NCBI GenBank assembly: GCA_020438795.1
Contig: JAGQTY010000003.1
Location: forward strand, 103,913-167,912
DNA: 64,000 nt
Origin: Actinomycetota bacterium
GTDB taxonomy: Bacteria > Actinomycetota > Actinomycetes > S36-B12 > GCA-2699445
Reading direction: 5' to 3'
Shown: piece by piece, positions 29,601 to 37,687 of the stretch
How positions within the stretch are numbered: the first letter of the stretch is position 1
Layout: every line of letters starts with the position of its first letter
The notes under the pieces: model-generated
The model's input: only the letters and a program-made list of their open reading frames with translations
Database searches by the model: none
Told to the model about the DNA's origin: nothing
Made by a program: the position numbers and the translations under genes

Positions 29601-29670
29601 CACCAATGAGCAGTTCGCCCACACGGTGCTGCAGGCCCTGGAACACCACCGGGCCCGACACTGCCGTTGA
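26620..29670 (+). CDS. Cytoplasmic hybrid histidine kinase: GAF - ~3 PAS - HisKA - HATPase_c - REC - REC
   Basis: GAF (RLQALYELEVLDT...RFYAGTPL...LGTLCIVD), PAS-like blocks (ILDVNPGLQRILGY..., FVRLNPAFEEVLGF...), H-box FISTVSHELRTPLTSI, N/G boxes (LLSNAIKFS, DFGVGIP, GGTGLGLAIS) and two receivers (LVLLDLQLPDGHG; IIVLDVGLPNVDG). No TM segment. Confidence 0.9.
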   Translation: MEPAPIPDDDAERLQALYELEVLDTDPDPELDRITQVAAEYFGVPISLITLVDEHRQWFKSRTGWDASEGPRETSFCGHVITGEEPMIVPDSTRDPRFFDNPDVIGEPKIRFYAGTPLHGPDRHRLGTLCIVDLKPRELDPAQQRMLRVLAEAAERALVNTWQRRRYAQALTAETRLAAGLRTTAAGWLIWDEDATILDVNPGLQRILGYRSEELVGTSAKQLFPGDGLSTLCRDAADNAPRAPHRLAAAARDGSTVPVSAVVSELEIREQRQYVGIFTDLTELVQAEDELSQFFKLSFDLLCIANKYGRFVRLNPAFEEVLGFPTRELLQRPILDWVLPEDREATARELQAVAGGAETHNFENRWRRSDGEVRTLVWSARADPNSELIYAAARDITAERRQYLELRRLDEQIRASPLLIATMDTDLALTSVNATWALLRGPGAAGDLTLDDLYTMEAARRMRQEIAPEVLASGSWSGEVQIRAAHDRTRTINQTVLRQVDASGRAGLSVVAHDVSEYKELDRMKDEFISTVSHELRTPLTSIRGSLGLVAAGAAGQLPEKAAGLIGIANQNTERLIRLINDVLDLEKIQSGTAALNLHDERMDRIVSESLSSVEGMASDNDVQLRSRRGEDLPEVSVDRDRIVQVLTNLLSNAIKFSEPGQAVEIGSAVVDDEIQVTVKDFGVGIPADHLEAIFGRFQQVDSTTSRAKGGTGLGLAISREIAHMHGGTLEVTSAPGAGSTFTLRLPLPADMAAHQPQPNEQEQVALAPGPDILVVEDDDDLAHVMISLLETAGYSALSVDSLQSARERVFSVIPDLVLLDLQLPDGHGLDLVHEMKDDPDLARVPIMVVTGTRTNRPAVPTIVDWITKPITNDGLLASVERALLEDEGATALIVEDDEQARTIMATVLEDRGLTVIQSDSGEAALRLLGSIQPDIIVLDVGLPNVDGFEFMARLADTHSAETPVIVFTGRELTESDRQRLTRGMTTFLTKTKATNEQFAHTVLQALEHHRARHCR

Positions 29671-29759
29671 GCGGACCGGAGCGTCAGGAACTGTGCCGGT
29701 CAATGGCGCAGTCTCCGCCACACAGGGCATGTCGGGGTGCCCGCGGTGGGGAGGACCGG

Positions 29760-30698
29760 CTACTGGCCGTCGATGACCAGGCGGTCCCGCCCGGTCTCCT
29801 TCGCACGATAAAGGGCATCGTCAGCCGCCTTGGCGATGTCGCGGAACTCCGAGATCGCTCCCCGTGCGTAGCCGCCACTGGCCTTCACATGCAACGACAA
29901 CTGCGGCCCCACCACCATAGGGGTCCTCCCAATGGCCTCACGAACCGCACGAGCCACCTCCTCGTCCTGGGGTGGCGTGGGGTTCTCGATGATGAGCATG
30001 AACTCCTCACCGCCCCAGCGCACCACTCGACGCCCACTGGCCGCGTTGTCGAGGCGCTTGGCGGCGATCTGCAGCACCACATCGCCCGCGGCATGACCGT
30101 ACTCGTCGTTGACGTGCTTGAAGTGGTCGATGTCCAGCAGCAATGCCCCCAGCTGAGAACCCTCCGGAGCCGTGGTTGTCAGATTCGCCATATGGGTGTC
30201 GAGCCAACGCCGATTCTTCAGGCCCGTGAGGGCATCCACCGTGCTCTGCTGCTGCAACTGGTTCATCCGGTGCTGCAGTTCCCTGTCCTGGGCGGCCAGC
30301 CGGGTCAAGGTCTGCACCCTGGCCACGAGTTCCTGCGGGTGGCAGGGCTTGCGGATGTAGTCCCGCGCCCCCTCCTCCAACCCTCTGGCAGCGGCGTCGC
30401 CGTCGACACGAGCGGTGAGGAAGATGACCGGGATGTCGGCCAGTTGCGGACGCTGCTTCAGCGCACGGATCGTTGCCAGACCGTCCATTCTGGGCATGTC
30501 GACATCGAGCAGGAACAGGTCGGGCGGATCCTGCTGGGCCACAGCCAAGGCCTCACTGCCGTCCGCGGCCTCCATCGTCCGGAACCCGGCTCCGGCCAAT
30601 ATCCGCACCATGATGGCCCTGACCGCCCGGCTGTCGTCGGCGATCAGCACGGTGAGAGCACCACTGTCCTGTTCACGCCGGTGCTGGGGCTCGGCCAT
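29760..30698 (-). CDS. REC-GGDEF response regulator diguanylate cyclase (WspR/PleD-like)
   Basis: REC (LIADDSRAV, LFLLDVDMPRMDG, VIFLTAR, YIRKPC), a coiled linker, and GGDEF (LLLDIDHFKHVNDEYGH, RWGGEEF). There is no RxxD at the canonical I-site position (ASGR instead). ATGA overlap with the upstream cheX-like gene. Confidence 0.9.
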   Translation of the reverse strand: MAEPQHRREQDSGALTVLIADDSRAVRAIMVRILAGAGFRTMEAADGSEALAVAQQDPPDLFLLDVDMPRMDGLATIRALKQRPQLADIPVIFLTARVDGDAAARGLEEGARDYIRKPCHPQELVARVQTLTRLAAQDRELQHRMNQLQQQSTVDALTGLKNRRWLDTHMANLTTTAPEGSQLGALLLDIDHFKHVNDEYGHAAGDVVLQIAAKRLDNAASGRRVVRWGGEEFMLIIENPTPPQDEEVARAVREAIGRTPMVVGPQLSLHVKASGGYARGAISEFRDIAKAADDALYRAKETGRDRLVIDGQ

Positions 30699-31129
30699 CA
30701 GCTATCCACCTGCATTTCGTCGAGGTCGAGGTCGATGATGAAGAAGGACCCACCAGCCAGGAACCCGGCGCTCAGATCCGCAGCAGGCTCCGTGCCGGCG
30801 GGGACAGCCTCGGGCAGGCCGATCAGGCAGGGCTGCGGGAGCACCCCGGCCAGGTTCCCTGCCACCATGTTGGTCAGCTCGCCCAGAGTGTCAAGCAGAT
30901 CTGCGTCTTCGAGCGGCGCTTCCCCCAGCAGGGCAGCGGCGAACACCTCGGCACTCGCAGTGGGACAGTGCAGTGTCACCCGGCCGCGGCTGGCCCCTGT
31001 GAAAGCAATGCTGCTTGCCAGATCGGGGGCAGGGCCCGCCTGCGGATCGGTCGGCACCGCCTCCATGTCGAACATCGTCGACCAGACCGAGAAGACGACT
31101 TCATTCAGCAGCGCTTCATAGCCGGTCAT
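30698..31129 (-). CDS. cheX: CheX/CheC-family chemotaxis phosphatase-like protein
   Basis: 143 aa. LGELTNMVAGNLAG matches the CheC/CheX E-x2-N active-site helix. ATGA overlaps on both sides. Confidence 0.7.
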   Translation of the reverse strand: MTGYEALLNEVVFSVWSTMFDMEAVPTDPQAGPAPDLASSIAFTGASRGRVTLHCPTASAEVFAAALLGEAPLEDADLLDTLGELTNMVAGNLAGVLPQPCLIGLPEAVPAGTEPAADLSAGFLAGGSFFIIDLDLDEMQVDS

Positions 31130-31935
31130 GAGTCCGCACCATCCTGTCGGCGATAGGCGACGACCCTACCCACGGTAGAGGATTCGAGGGAGGGTATCGA
31201 AGTCAGTGTGGATTCGGCGCTGCCGAGGATCAAGTAGCCGCCGGGGTTCAGATGCCTGGCGACCCGCTGCAGCACCCGCTCGCGCGTCTCGGCCCCGAAG
31301 TAGATGAGCACATTGCGGAGCAGGATCAGGTCGAAGGACGCGCCGGGGCTTTCCGAGACCAGATTGAGCCGCTGGAACCGGACCAGGTCCCTGATCTGAG
31401 GCTTCACCACCCACGCAAGACCGTTACGGTCGAAGTACTGCACCAGGTAGCGAGCGGGCAGGCCGCGGTTCACCTCCAGCTGGGAGTACTGGGCGGCCTG
31501 CGCCACAGCCAATGCCCCCGTGGCGAGGTCGGTGCCCAGCACGCTGATCGGGCGCGCTGCGAACCTCGAGGTAGCGAGCAGCGCCAGGCTGTAGGCCTCC
31601 TGGCCGGTGGCCGTCGCCGCTGACCAGATCCGCGGAACGGCTGTTCTTTCCATCAGGTCCGGAAACACCTGTGTCTCCAGGGCACGCCAGAGCGCCGGAT
31701 CGCGGAAGAACGAGGTCTCCTTGGTGAGCATCTCCGAAACGACGCGTATGCGCGCTTCCCGGTCTCCAAGACGACACTGCGCAATCAGCTCGTCGATGCT
31801 TTCGAGGTCACGCTCCTTTGCTACCGGGAGCAGTCGGGCGTTCACCAGATACTCTTTACCCTCGGGCAGTTCGACCCCGGCTTCCTGGAGCAGGATCGCC
31901 TGCACATAGGCGAAGTCGTCGGGCCTGACCGTCAT
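31126..31935 (-). CDS. cheR: Chemotaxis protein methyltransferase CheR
   Basis: ETSFFRD, IWSAATATGQEAYSLA, DLILLRNVLIYF. Start at ATG 31935 (ATGA overlap with the cheB stop). Confidence 0.9.
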   Translation of the reverse strand: MTVRPDDFAYVQAILLQEAGVELPEGKEYLVNARLLPVAKERDLESIDELIAQCRLGDREARIRVVSEMLTKETSFFRDPALWRALETQVFPDLMERTAVPRIWSAATATGQEAYSLALLATSRFAARPISVLGTDLATGALAVAQAAQYSQLEVNRGLPARYLVQYFDRNGLAWVVKPQIRDLVRFQRLNLVSESPGASFDLILLRNVLIYFGAETRERVLQRVARHLNPGGYLILGSAESTLTSIPSLESSTVGRVVAYRRQDGADS

Positions 31936-32975
31936 ACCGTGGTCCGTCCCTGGCCACGCGCTGCGACCTCGGCTGCCAGTCCCTGCGGCGACAATGAGGC
32001 ATACTCCAGACCCGCGCTGCGCACCGCGGCGGGCATCGAGTCCACCACGCACGAAGCGGCGTCCTGCGCCAGCACGGTCCCCCCGCGCTCCACCACTGCA
32101 GCCGAACCGATGAGCCCGTCGTGCCCCAGTCCAGTCATCACGATGGCGAGCAGCCCCCTGCCGTAGACCTCGGCGGCAGTCCGGAACAGGTGATCGGCCG
32201 CGGGACGCGCATGGGCCTCCCGCGGGCCGTCGCTGAGGCGAGCGAGCACCGAGTGCTCCGGACCGGTCACGACCCCCAGGTGCCGACCGCCCGGCGCGAG
32301 GTACACGTGACCACGAAGTATCCGGGTGTCTTCAGCCGCGACCTGGACCGGCAGCCTGCAACGACTGGCCAGTCGTTCAGCCAGCGCCGCCGGGAAGGGC
32401 TCCGGCATGTGCTGCACGATCAGCATGGGCGTGGACAGCGGACCTGGAACACTGCTCAGGAAAGCTTCGAGCGTTTCAGGCCCCCCGGTGGACACACCCA
32501 CCACCACGGCAGAGATGCGGCTCCCGTGTGAGTCGGGAATGGGCTTGGGTCGCGGTGGCGCTGCCGACTTCGGAGCCGGTGGCCGGGAGACCTTGAGCAG
32601 CAGCTGCACCAACTGCCCCACCCAATCCTCGTTCGATGTCAGGCTCGAAGGTTTCGGCACGAAGCCGACCGCTCCCTCGGCCAGCGCAGCGACAGTCTCC
32701 CTGGGACCTTCACCGACATGGGAACTGAGCACCACGACGGGGATCTGTTCACCCCGACGCTGCAACTCCTTGAGAAGGCCCCTGCCGTCCAGGACAGGCA
32801 TGTGCAGGTCCAGTACCACGGCGTCCGGCCTCTGTGCGAGGATCCGCCGCAGACCGACCTCACCGTTCTCCGCCAGCCCGGCCAACTCCAGGTCCCGGTG
32901 ATCACGGATCACCTGTGTGATGGCACGGCGAGCGACAGCAGAGTCGTCGACCACCAGGATGCGCCTCGGCGACAT
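31932..32975 (-). CDS. cheB: Chemotaxis response regulator protein-glutamate methylesterase CheB
   Basis: REC (ILVVDDSAVAR, VVLDLHMPVLDG) plus the methylesterase catalytic triad context (GVSTGGPETL, VQHMP, MTGLGHDG). Confidence 0.9.
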   Translation of the reverse strand: MSPRRILVVDDSAVARRAITQVIRDHRDLELAGLAENGEVGLRRILAQRPDAVVLDLHMPVLDGRGLLKELQRRGEQIPVVVLSSHVGEGPRETVAALAEGAVGFVPKPSSLTSNEDWVGQLVQLLLKVSRPPAPKSAAPPRPKPIPDSHGSRISAVVVGVSTGGPETLEAFLSSVPGPLSTPMLIVQHMPEPFPAALAERLASRCRLPVQVAAEDTRILRGHVYLAPGGRHLGVVTGPEHSVLARLSDGPREAHARPAADHLFRTAAEVYGRGLLAIVMTGLGHDGLIGSAAVVERGGTVLAQDAASCVVDSMPAAVRSAGLEYASLSPQGLAAEVAARGQGRTTV

Positions 32976-32976
32976 A

Positions 32977-33357
32977 TCAGACCTCGAAACCGAGCAGCTC
33001 GAGCTTCTGTGCGAGCACCTCCTGCGTGAACGGCTTCATGAGATACTCATCGGCACCCAGGGCAAGCGCTCGGCCGATCTGGTCGATCTCGGTCTCGGTG
33101 GTGACCATCATGACGACGCCTCGGTAGTCGTAGGGCTTCGCCCGGACCGCCTCGACGAAGTCGACACCGCTCATGCCCGGCATGTGCCAATCGACCAGCA
33201 CCATGTCGGGCACACCGCCGGCGGTGGCGTCGGCAAGCAACTCCAGCGCTGCCAGTCCGGAATCGGCTTCGGAGATCGTCTGACAGCCCATCTGTTTCAG
33301 CATGCTCGCCAGGATTCTGCGCATCGTCCGAGAATCGTCGATCAGGAGGACATGCAT
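32977..33357 (-). CDS. cheY: Chemotaxis response regulator CheY
   Basis: Start MHVLLIDDSRTMRR. Also LVDWHMPGMSG, MMVTTE, LMKPF. 126 aa. Confidence 0.9.
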   Translation of the reverse strand: MHVLLIDDSRTMRRILASMLKQMGCQTISEADSGLAALELLADATAGGVPDMVLVDWHMPGMSGVDFVEAVRAKPYDYRGVVMMVTTETEIDQIGRALALGADEYLMKPFTQEVLAQKLELLGFEV

Positions 33358-33370
33358 GCGGCATCCAGTC

Positions 33371-33820
33371 TCAGTCTTTGGCGGAGAGCATCGCTTCAAT
33401 GTCTACCAACACCAGCATCTCCGTGTCTCCCCGGAGTACGGCAACAGCATGACGTCTGATGCCCTCATCGATGGTGGCCGGGACAGGCTGCCATCGGTCT
33501 GGCGGGCACTCCACGACTCCAACAGCGCTGTCCACATGCACCCCGCCCCAGCGCTGATCGCGTTCGAGCAGCACGCAGACCGGGGTACCGCCGGGACGCG
33601 GTGCGAGTCCGAGACGTTCACGGGCATCGGTGATAGCCAGGACATGGCCGCGCAGATTCGCGATGCCGACCACTGCTTGCGGGGCCAGCGGCACCTCGGT
33701 GAAGGGCAGTCCACGCACTGTCTCGCGGACATGCTCCACGGAGAAGGCGATGAGCACGTCGTCCACCCGGAAGGCTGCCACGACCGCGGGCAGCTTGGCC
33801 TTCAGCTCGGCGGGGGTCAT
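33371..33820 (-). CDS. cheW: Chemotaxis coupling protein CheW
   Basis: 149 aa. FRVDDVLIAFSVEHVRE...VVGIANLRGHVLAITD is typical of the CheW domain. ATGA overlap with the cheA stop. Confidence 0.9.
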   Translation of the reverse strand: MTPAELKAKLPAVVAAFRVDDVLIAFSVEHVRETVRGLPFTEVPLAPQAVVGIANLRGHVLAITDARERLGLAPRPGGTPVCVLLERDQRWGGVHVDSAVGVVECPPDRWQPVPATIDEGIRRHAVAVLRGDTEMLVLVDIEAMLSAKD

Positions 33821-35904
33821 GTCGGCCCTCCGGCCGCTCCGTAGGCACCCAGGTCGACCAGGTCGGTGACCCTGCCGTCGATGACCGAGGTACCACTGAC
33901 GCGGGAATCCGTCACAGCGGACCAGGATGCCGGACCGGACCGTATCTCGATGATCCGCGCGACGGCCAGTCCCACCAGCTCATCACCCCGGCGGCAGATC
34001 ACCACATTCGCCATCTCCGGCGTTCCCAGCGCCCCAGCCGACGACTGCGTGAGCACCCCGGCGTGATCAACCAGCCTGACGATCCGGTCGTCATACTGGA
34101 ACACCAGTTGCTCCCCCGCACGCTCGATGGCTGACGTCGGCACCTGAACCAGCCGTTCCACCTCGTCCAGGAGCACCGCGTTGCGGCGATCGTCGAGACC
34201 GGCGACGAGCAGGACCGGCGCTCCCAGATCCGGAGCCACCGGCGTCGTCCTGCCACGGTTGGCCGCCTCGACCGCGCTCACATCGATGCCACGGCCGAGC
34301 GCCCCGATGTCGAGGATGAGTGCGGCTCTTCCGTCCGGTAGCACGGTCGCACCCCCGTACGGGGAGATCCCCCGGATCACATTCGGCAACGGCTTCACGA
34401 CCGCCTCGAAGTTGTCCTCCACCTGATCCACGATGAAACCGAACCGACGCCCCCCGCTTCGGAGGAGCACCAGCTCCAGCACGGCCCCCCCAGCGAGTGG
34501 GGGTGCCTTGGGCGCGATGACCGACGCCGGGACCAGCGGGGTGAGTTCGTCCTCACGTCGCAGGAACAGTGCATCCTCGACGTTGAGCAGAGCCTCGGCC
34601 TGTTCTGCCGGTTCGAGCCTGACCATCGTCTCGACGTCGATCTGCGGGAGTGCATAGCTGATCCCTGCGACGCGGACCACGATCACGTTCACGATCGCTA
34701 ACGTGAGCGGTAGATCGAGAATGACCGTCGTACCCTGTCCGGGGGTGGACCTGAGCTCGGCGGTGCCACCCACCTGTTCCGCGGCAGAGCGGACCACATC
34801 CATCCCGACGCCACGTCCAGAGGTCTTGGTGATGGCGCTGGCTGTGGACAGTCCAGGAATGAACACCAGATCCAGGATCTCGGCGGGAGTCCGCCCCGCC
34901 ATCTCCGCCTTGGTGCGGTGGCCGGCTGCGATCACCTTGTCGGCCAGCGCTTCCGGATCGATCCCCCGGCCATCGTCGGAGACCGTCAGCCGGACCCGGC
35001 TGCCGGACACGGTCACCGAGATGTCGATGGTGCCGAAATCGGTCTTACCAGCCGCGAGCCGGTCGTTCGGCAGCTCGATGCCATGGTCGACCGCATTGCG
35101 CAGCACGTGGATCAGCGGATCCAGGATCAGCTCATTGATGGCCTTGTCGACTCCGACATCCTTGTCCGAGATGGTCAGGTCTACCCGCTTGTTCTGTTCC
35201 TGTGCCAGGTCGCGCACAATGCGTGGCAGCTTGTTGAGCACGGTGGCGATCGGCTGCATCCGGGCGAACATGACGATGTCCTGCAGTTGTTTGCTCGCCT
35301 GCCGCAGCCGGCGATACGGCTCGGCCATCCGCTCGTTGCCGACGATCTCCTCGGCCAGCTGGGCACGAGCGAATGCGATGTCGGACACGAGGTCCTGGAG
35401 CTGGTCGAGCACCTTGACATCCACGCGCACGGAGGCCTCACGAGCGTGGGCCGGTTCCGCACGAGCTGCCGCCGCATCCCGCTCAGCCACGGGTGCCTCG
35501 GGCTGCTGCGGCAGCGGGCCCTCGCTCAGATGCGTTCGCAGCAGTGGCGCCACCAGGTTGGCGTCGACATGCTCGTCGGAGCCTTCCTCGGCGATCAGGT
35601 TCAGTGCCTGCTCGACGACATCGGCGAGCCTCAGCAGGCTCGTGGTCAGGTCGGCGGTGACCCGTAGTTCGCCACGACGCACCGCGCCGAGCACGTCCTC
35701 CGCGGCATGCGTGATCTCCTCCAGGTGATCGAAACCGAGGAATCCGCAGGTCCCCTTCATGGTGTGAACGGCACGGAAGATCCGGTCGAGCAGTTCCTGA
35801 TCGCCGGCGTTGGCCTCGAGCTGCACCAGGTCCAGGTTGAGCTGCTCCAGACCCTCCCTGGATTCCTCCAGAAAGATCTCGACCATCTCCGGGTCGGCGT
35901 TCAC
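33817..35904 (-). CDS. cheA: Chemotaxis histidine kinase CheA (no fused receiver)
   Basis: P1 Hpt (FRAVHTMKGTCGFLGF), dimerisation and HATPase (HVLRNAVDHGIE, DDGRGID, GRGVGMDVV), and CheW-like P5 region(s). Start chosen at GTG 35904, 7 nt after the MCP stop; an alternative ATG lies at 35886. Confidence 0.9.
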   Translation of the reverse strand: MNADPEMVEIFLEESREGLEQLNLDLVQLEANAGDQELLDRIFRAVHTMKGTCGFLGFDHLEEITHAAEDVLGAVRRGELRVTADLTTSLLRLADVVEQALNLIAEEGSDEHVDANLVAPLLRTHLSEGPLPQQPEAPVAERDAAAARAEPAHAREASVRVDVKVLDQLQDLVSDIAFARAQLAEEIVGNERMAEPYRRLRQASKQLQDIVMFARMQPIATVLNKLPRIVRDLAQEQNKRVDLTISDKDVGVDKAINELILDPLIHVLRNAVDHGIELPNDRLAAGKTDFGTIDISVTVSGSRVRLTVSDDGRGIDPEALADKVIAAGHRTKAEMAGRTPAEILDLVFIPGLSTASAITKTSGRGVGMDVVRSAAEQVGGTAELRSTPGQGTTVILDLPLTLAIVNVIVVRVAGISYALPQIDVETMVRLEPAEQAEALLNVEDALFLRREDELTPLVPASVIAPKAPPLAGGAVLELVLLRSGGRRFGFIVDQVEDNFEAVVKPLPNVIRGISPYGGATVLPDGRAALILDIGALGRGIDVSAVEAANRGRTTPVAPDLGAPVLLVAGLDDRRNAVLLDEVERLVQVPTSAIERAGEQLVFQYDDRIVRLVDHAGVLTQSSAGALGTPEMANVVICRRGDELVGLAVARIIEIRSGPASWSAVTDSRVSGTSVIDGRVTDLVDLGAYGAAGGPT

Positions 35905-35911
35905 GGGCTGA

Positions 35912-37540
35912 TCACCTTCCGGGGCCCTGATCCGGGGCGCGGGTGTCCAGGGTGAAGCGCACAACCAGGGAGTTGAGCGTGGTCGCCAGTTCGGCAAGGG
36001 CCTGCGACGCACTGAGTGTGTCCGCGGCGCTGTCCGTGGTTCCCTGGGCTGCCTCTGCCACCCCGGCGATGTTGCGGGCGATGTCGGCGGAAGCGGTCGC
36101 TGTGCCGTTGAGCGTCATGCCGATCTCACGCGTGGTGGCTGCCTGCTCCTCGACGGAGGTCGCGATGCTGGACTGATAGCTGTTGATCTTGTCGATGATC
36201 TCGGCGATGTCCCCGATCGCAGAAACCGCCTGTTCGGTGTCGGACTGGATCCTGCCGATCCTCTCGTCGATCTCCTCGCTGGCCTTCACGGTGCGGCTGG
36301 CCAGGTCCTTAACCTCGTTGGCGACCACTGTGAAGCCCTTGCCGGCTTCCCCGGCCCGGGCCGCTTCGATGGTGGCGTTCAGAGCCAGCAGGTTGGTCTG
36401 CTCGGCGATCGAAGTGATGAGCGTGGTCACCTCTCCGATCTCGCTGGACGCCTGGCCGAGGGACTGCACGGTGGCCCGCGTCGACGCCGAGACCGATACC
36501 GCCTCCTGGCCGACGACCGAGGCGTCGGTGGCGTTCTTGGAGATTTCGCGGATACTCACATTCAGTTCCTCGGCGCCGCTGGCCACCGACTGGAGGTTCT
36601 GGGAGACCTCCTCCGCCCCGGCAGAGACCCCGGTCGCCTGAGTCGTGGTCTGCTCCGCGGCGCTGCCCAACGTAGTGCTGATCGCAGAGAGTTCCTCCGC
36701 GCTGGACGCCAATGACTGGGAGCTCTCTGCGATCTGTACGACCGCCATGTTGGTACTGGCCGTGGCGGTGTTGAGGGCAGTGGCGACCTCGGCCAGCTCG
36801 TCCCGGGTGTCATCCTCGACCCTGACCCGGAGGTCACCCTCAGCCACCTTGCCGAGTGCGAGCTGGATGCGTCGCAGCGGCACCGCGATCGAGCGGCCAA
36901 GGACGGCGCCCAGCACGATCGCCGCCAGGATGGCCAGGATGCTGACCACTACGATCACGATCCTTGAGGTGGTTGATGCCGCAGCGGCGTCATCGGCGAT
37001 CTGGCGCGTGGTGTTCTCGAGGTCCGCAGCGATGCTGGACAACTCATCGACCTGGGCACTGAGCTGGTCGCGCACCGCCCCTTCGATCTGCGCCCGACCC
37101 TTCGCCCGCTCGGCTTCGCTGCCCTGGAGCAGTTCGCTCGCAGTGGCGATCAGGCTCTGCAGCTGGGTGAAGTCATTCTGCACCTGAGACAGTCGCGACT
37201 TGTTCTGCGAGCTCAGTTCCTCGCCCAGGATGGTCGAGATATCAGTCTTGAAGGTGTTGAGGAACTGGTTCATCTCGGCAAGGCTGGGCGATGTATCGCC
37301 GTTCTCCTGCGCCGCGAGCAACGCGCCCTGAGTATGGGACTCCACCTGCGTCAAATCGTACCGGAGGTCCAGGACCGTCCCGGTGGTGGTGATGGCTCGG
37401 GCCAGCCGCTCACGAGCGTCGGAGCCGTTGACCATCTGCACGAAGGCCACGATGGCGATGATGGCCAGCAGCACCACCACGATGGCGAACGAGATGGTGA
37501 TGCGCGTACCGATCCGCAGGCGTCTGGCCAGCTCAGTCAT
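35912..37540 (-). CDS. Methyl-accepting chemotaxis protein (2 TM, ~160-aa extracytoplasmic helical sensor, HAMP, signalling domain)
   Basis: Highly conserved hairpin tip [37 protein letters not shown] helices at [21 protein letters not shown] and [25 protein letters not shown] motif ([17 protein letters not shown]). Confidence 0.9.
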   Translation of the reverse strand: MTELARRLRIGTRITISFAIVVVLLAIIAIVAFVQMVNGSDARERLARAITTTGTVLDLRYDLTQVESHTQGALLAAQENGDTSPSLAEMNQFLNTFKTDISTILGEELSSQNKSRLSQVQNDFTQLQSLIATASELLQGSEAERAKGRAQIEGAVRDQLSAQVDELSSIAADLENTTRQIADDAAAASTTSRIVIVVVSILAILAAIVLGAVLGRSIAVPLRRIQLALGKVAEGDLRVRVEDDTRDELAEVATALNTATASTNMAVVQIAESSQSLASSAEELSAISTTLGSAAEQTTTQATGVSAGAEEVSQNLQSVASGAEELNVSIREISKNATDASVVGQEAVSVSASTRATVQSLGQASSEIGEVTTLITSIAEQTNLLALNATIEAARAGEAGKGFTVVANEVKDLASRTVKASEEIDERIGRIQSDTEQAVSAIGDIAEIIDKINSYQSSIATSVEEQAATTREIGMTLNGTATASADIARNIAGVAEAAQGTTDSAADTLSASQALAELATTLNSLVVRFTLDTRAPDQGPGR

Positions 37541-37687
37541 GGCAACAAGATAGTGGGGCGGCAAGGAACGTGGCCGAGTTGTCGGGCCCCGCGCCAGACA
37601 TAGGGGTCAATACCGGACACGCCGCGGCCACCTCGGCATGGGCAGAGGAATCGGAATGGTAACGGGCATGGGCATCGAGCGGGAGCA

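Noticed and set aside
29760-37564. Annotating the Che operon as flagellar chemotaxis
   Set aside because: There are no flagellar, motor-switch or pilus genes in the window. The operon terminates in a REC-GGDEF, which points to an alternative-cellular-function pathway. A motility role cannot be excluded without the whole genome.
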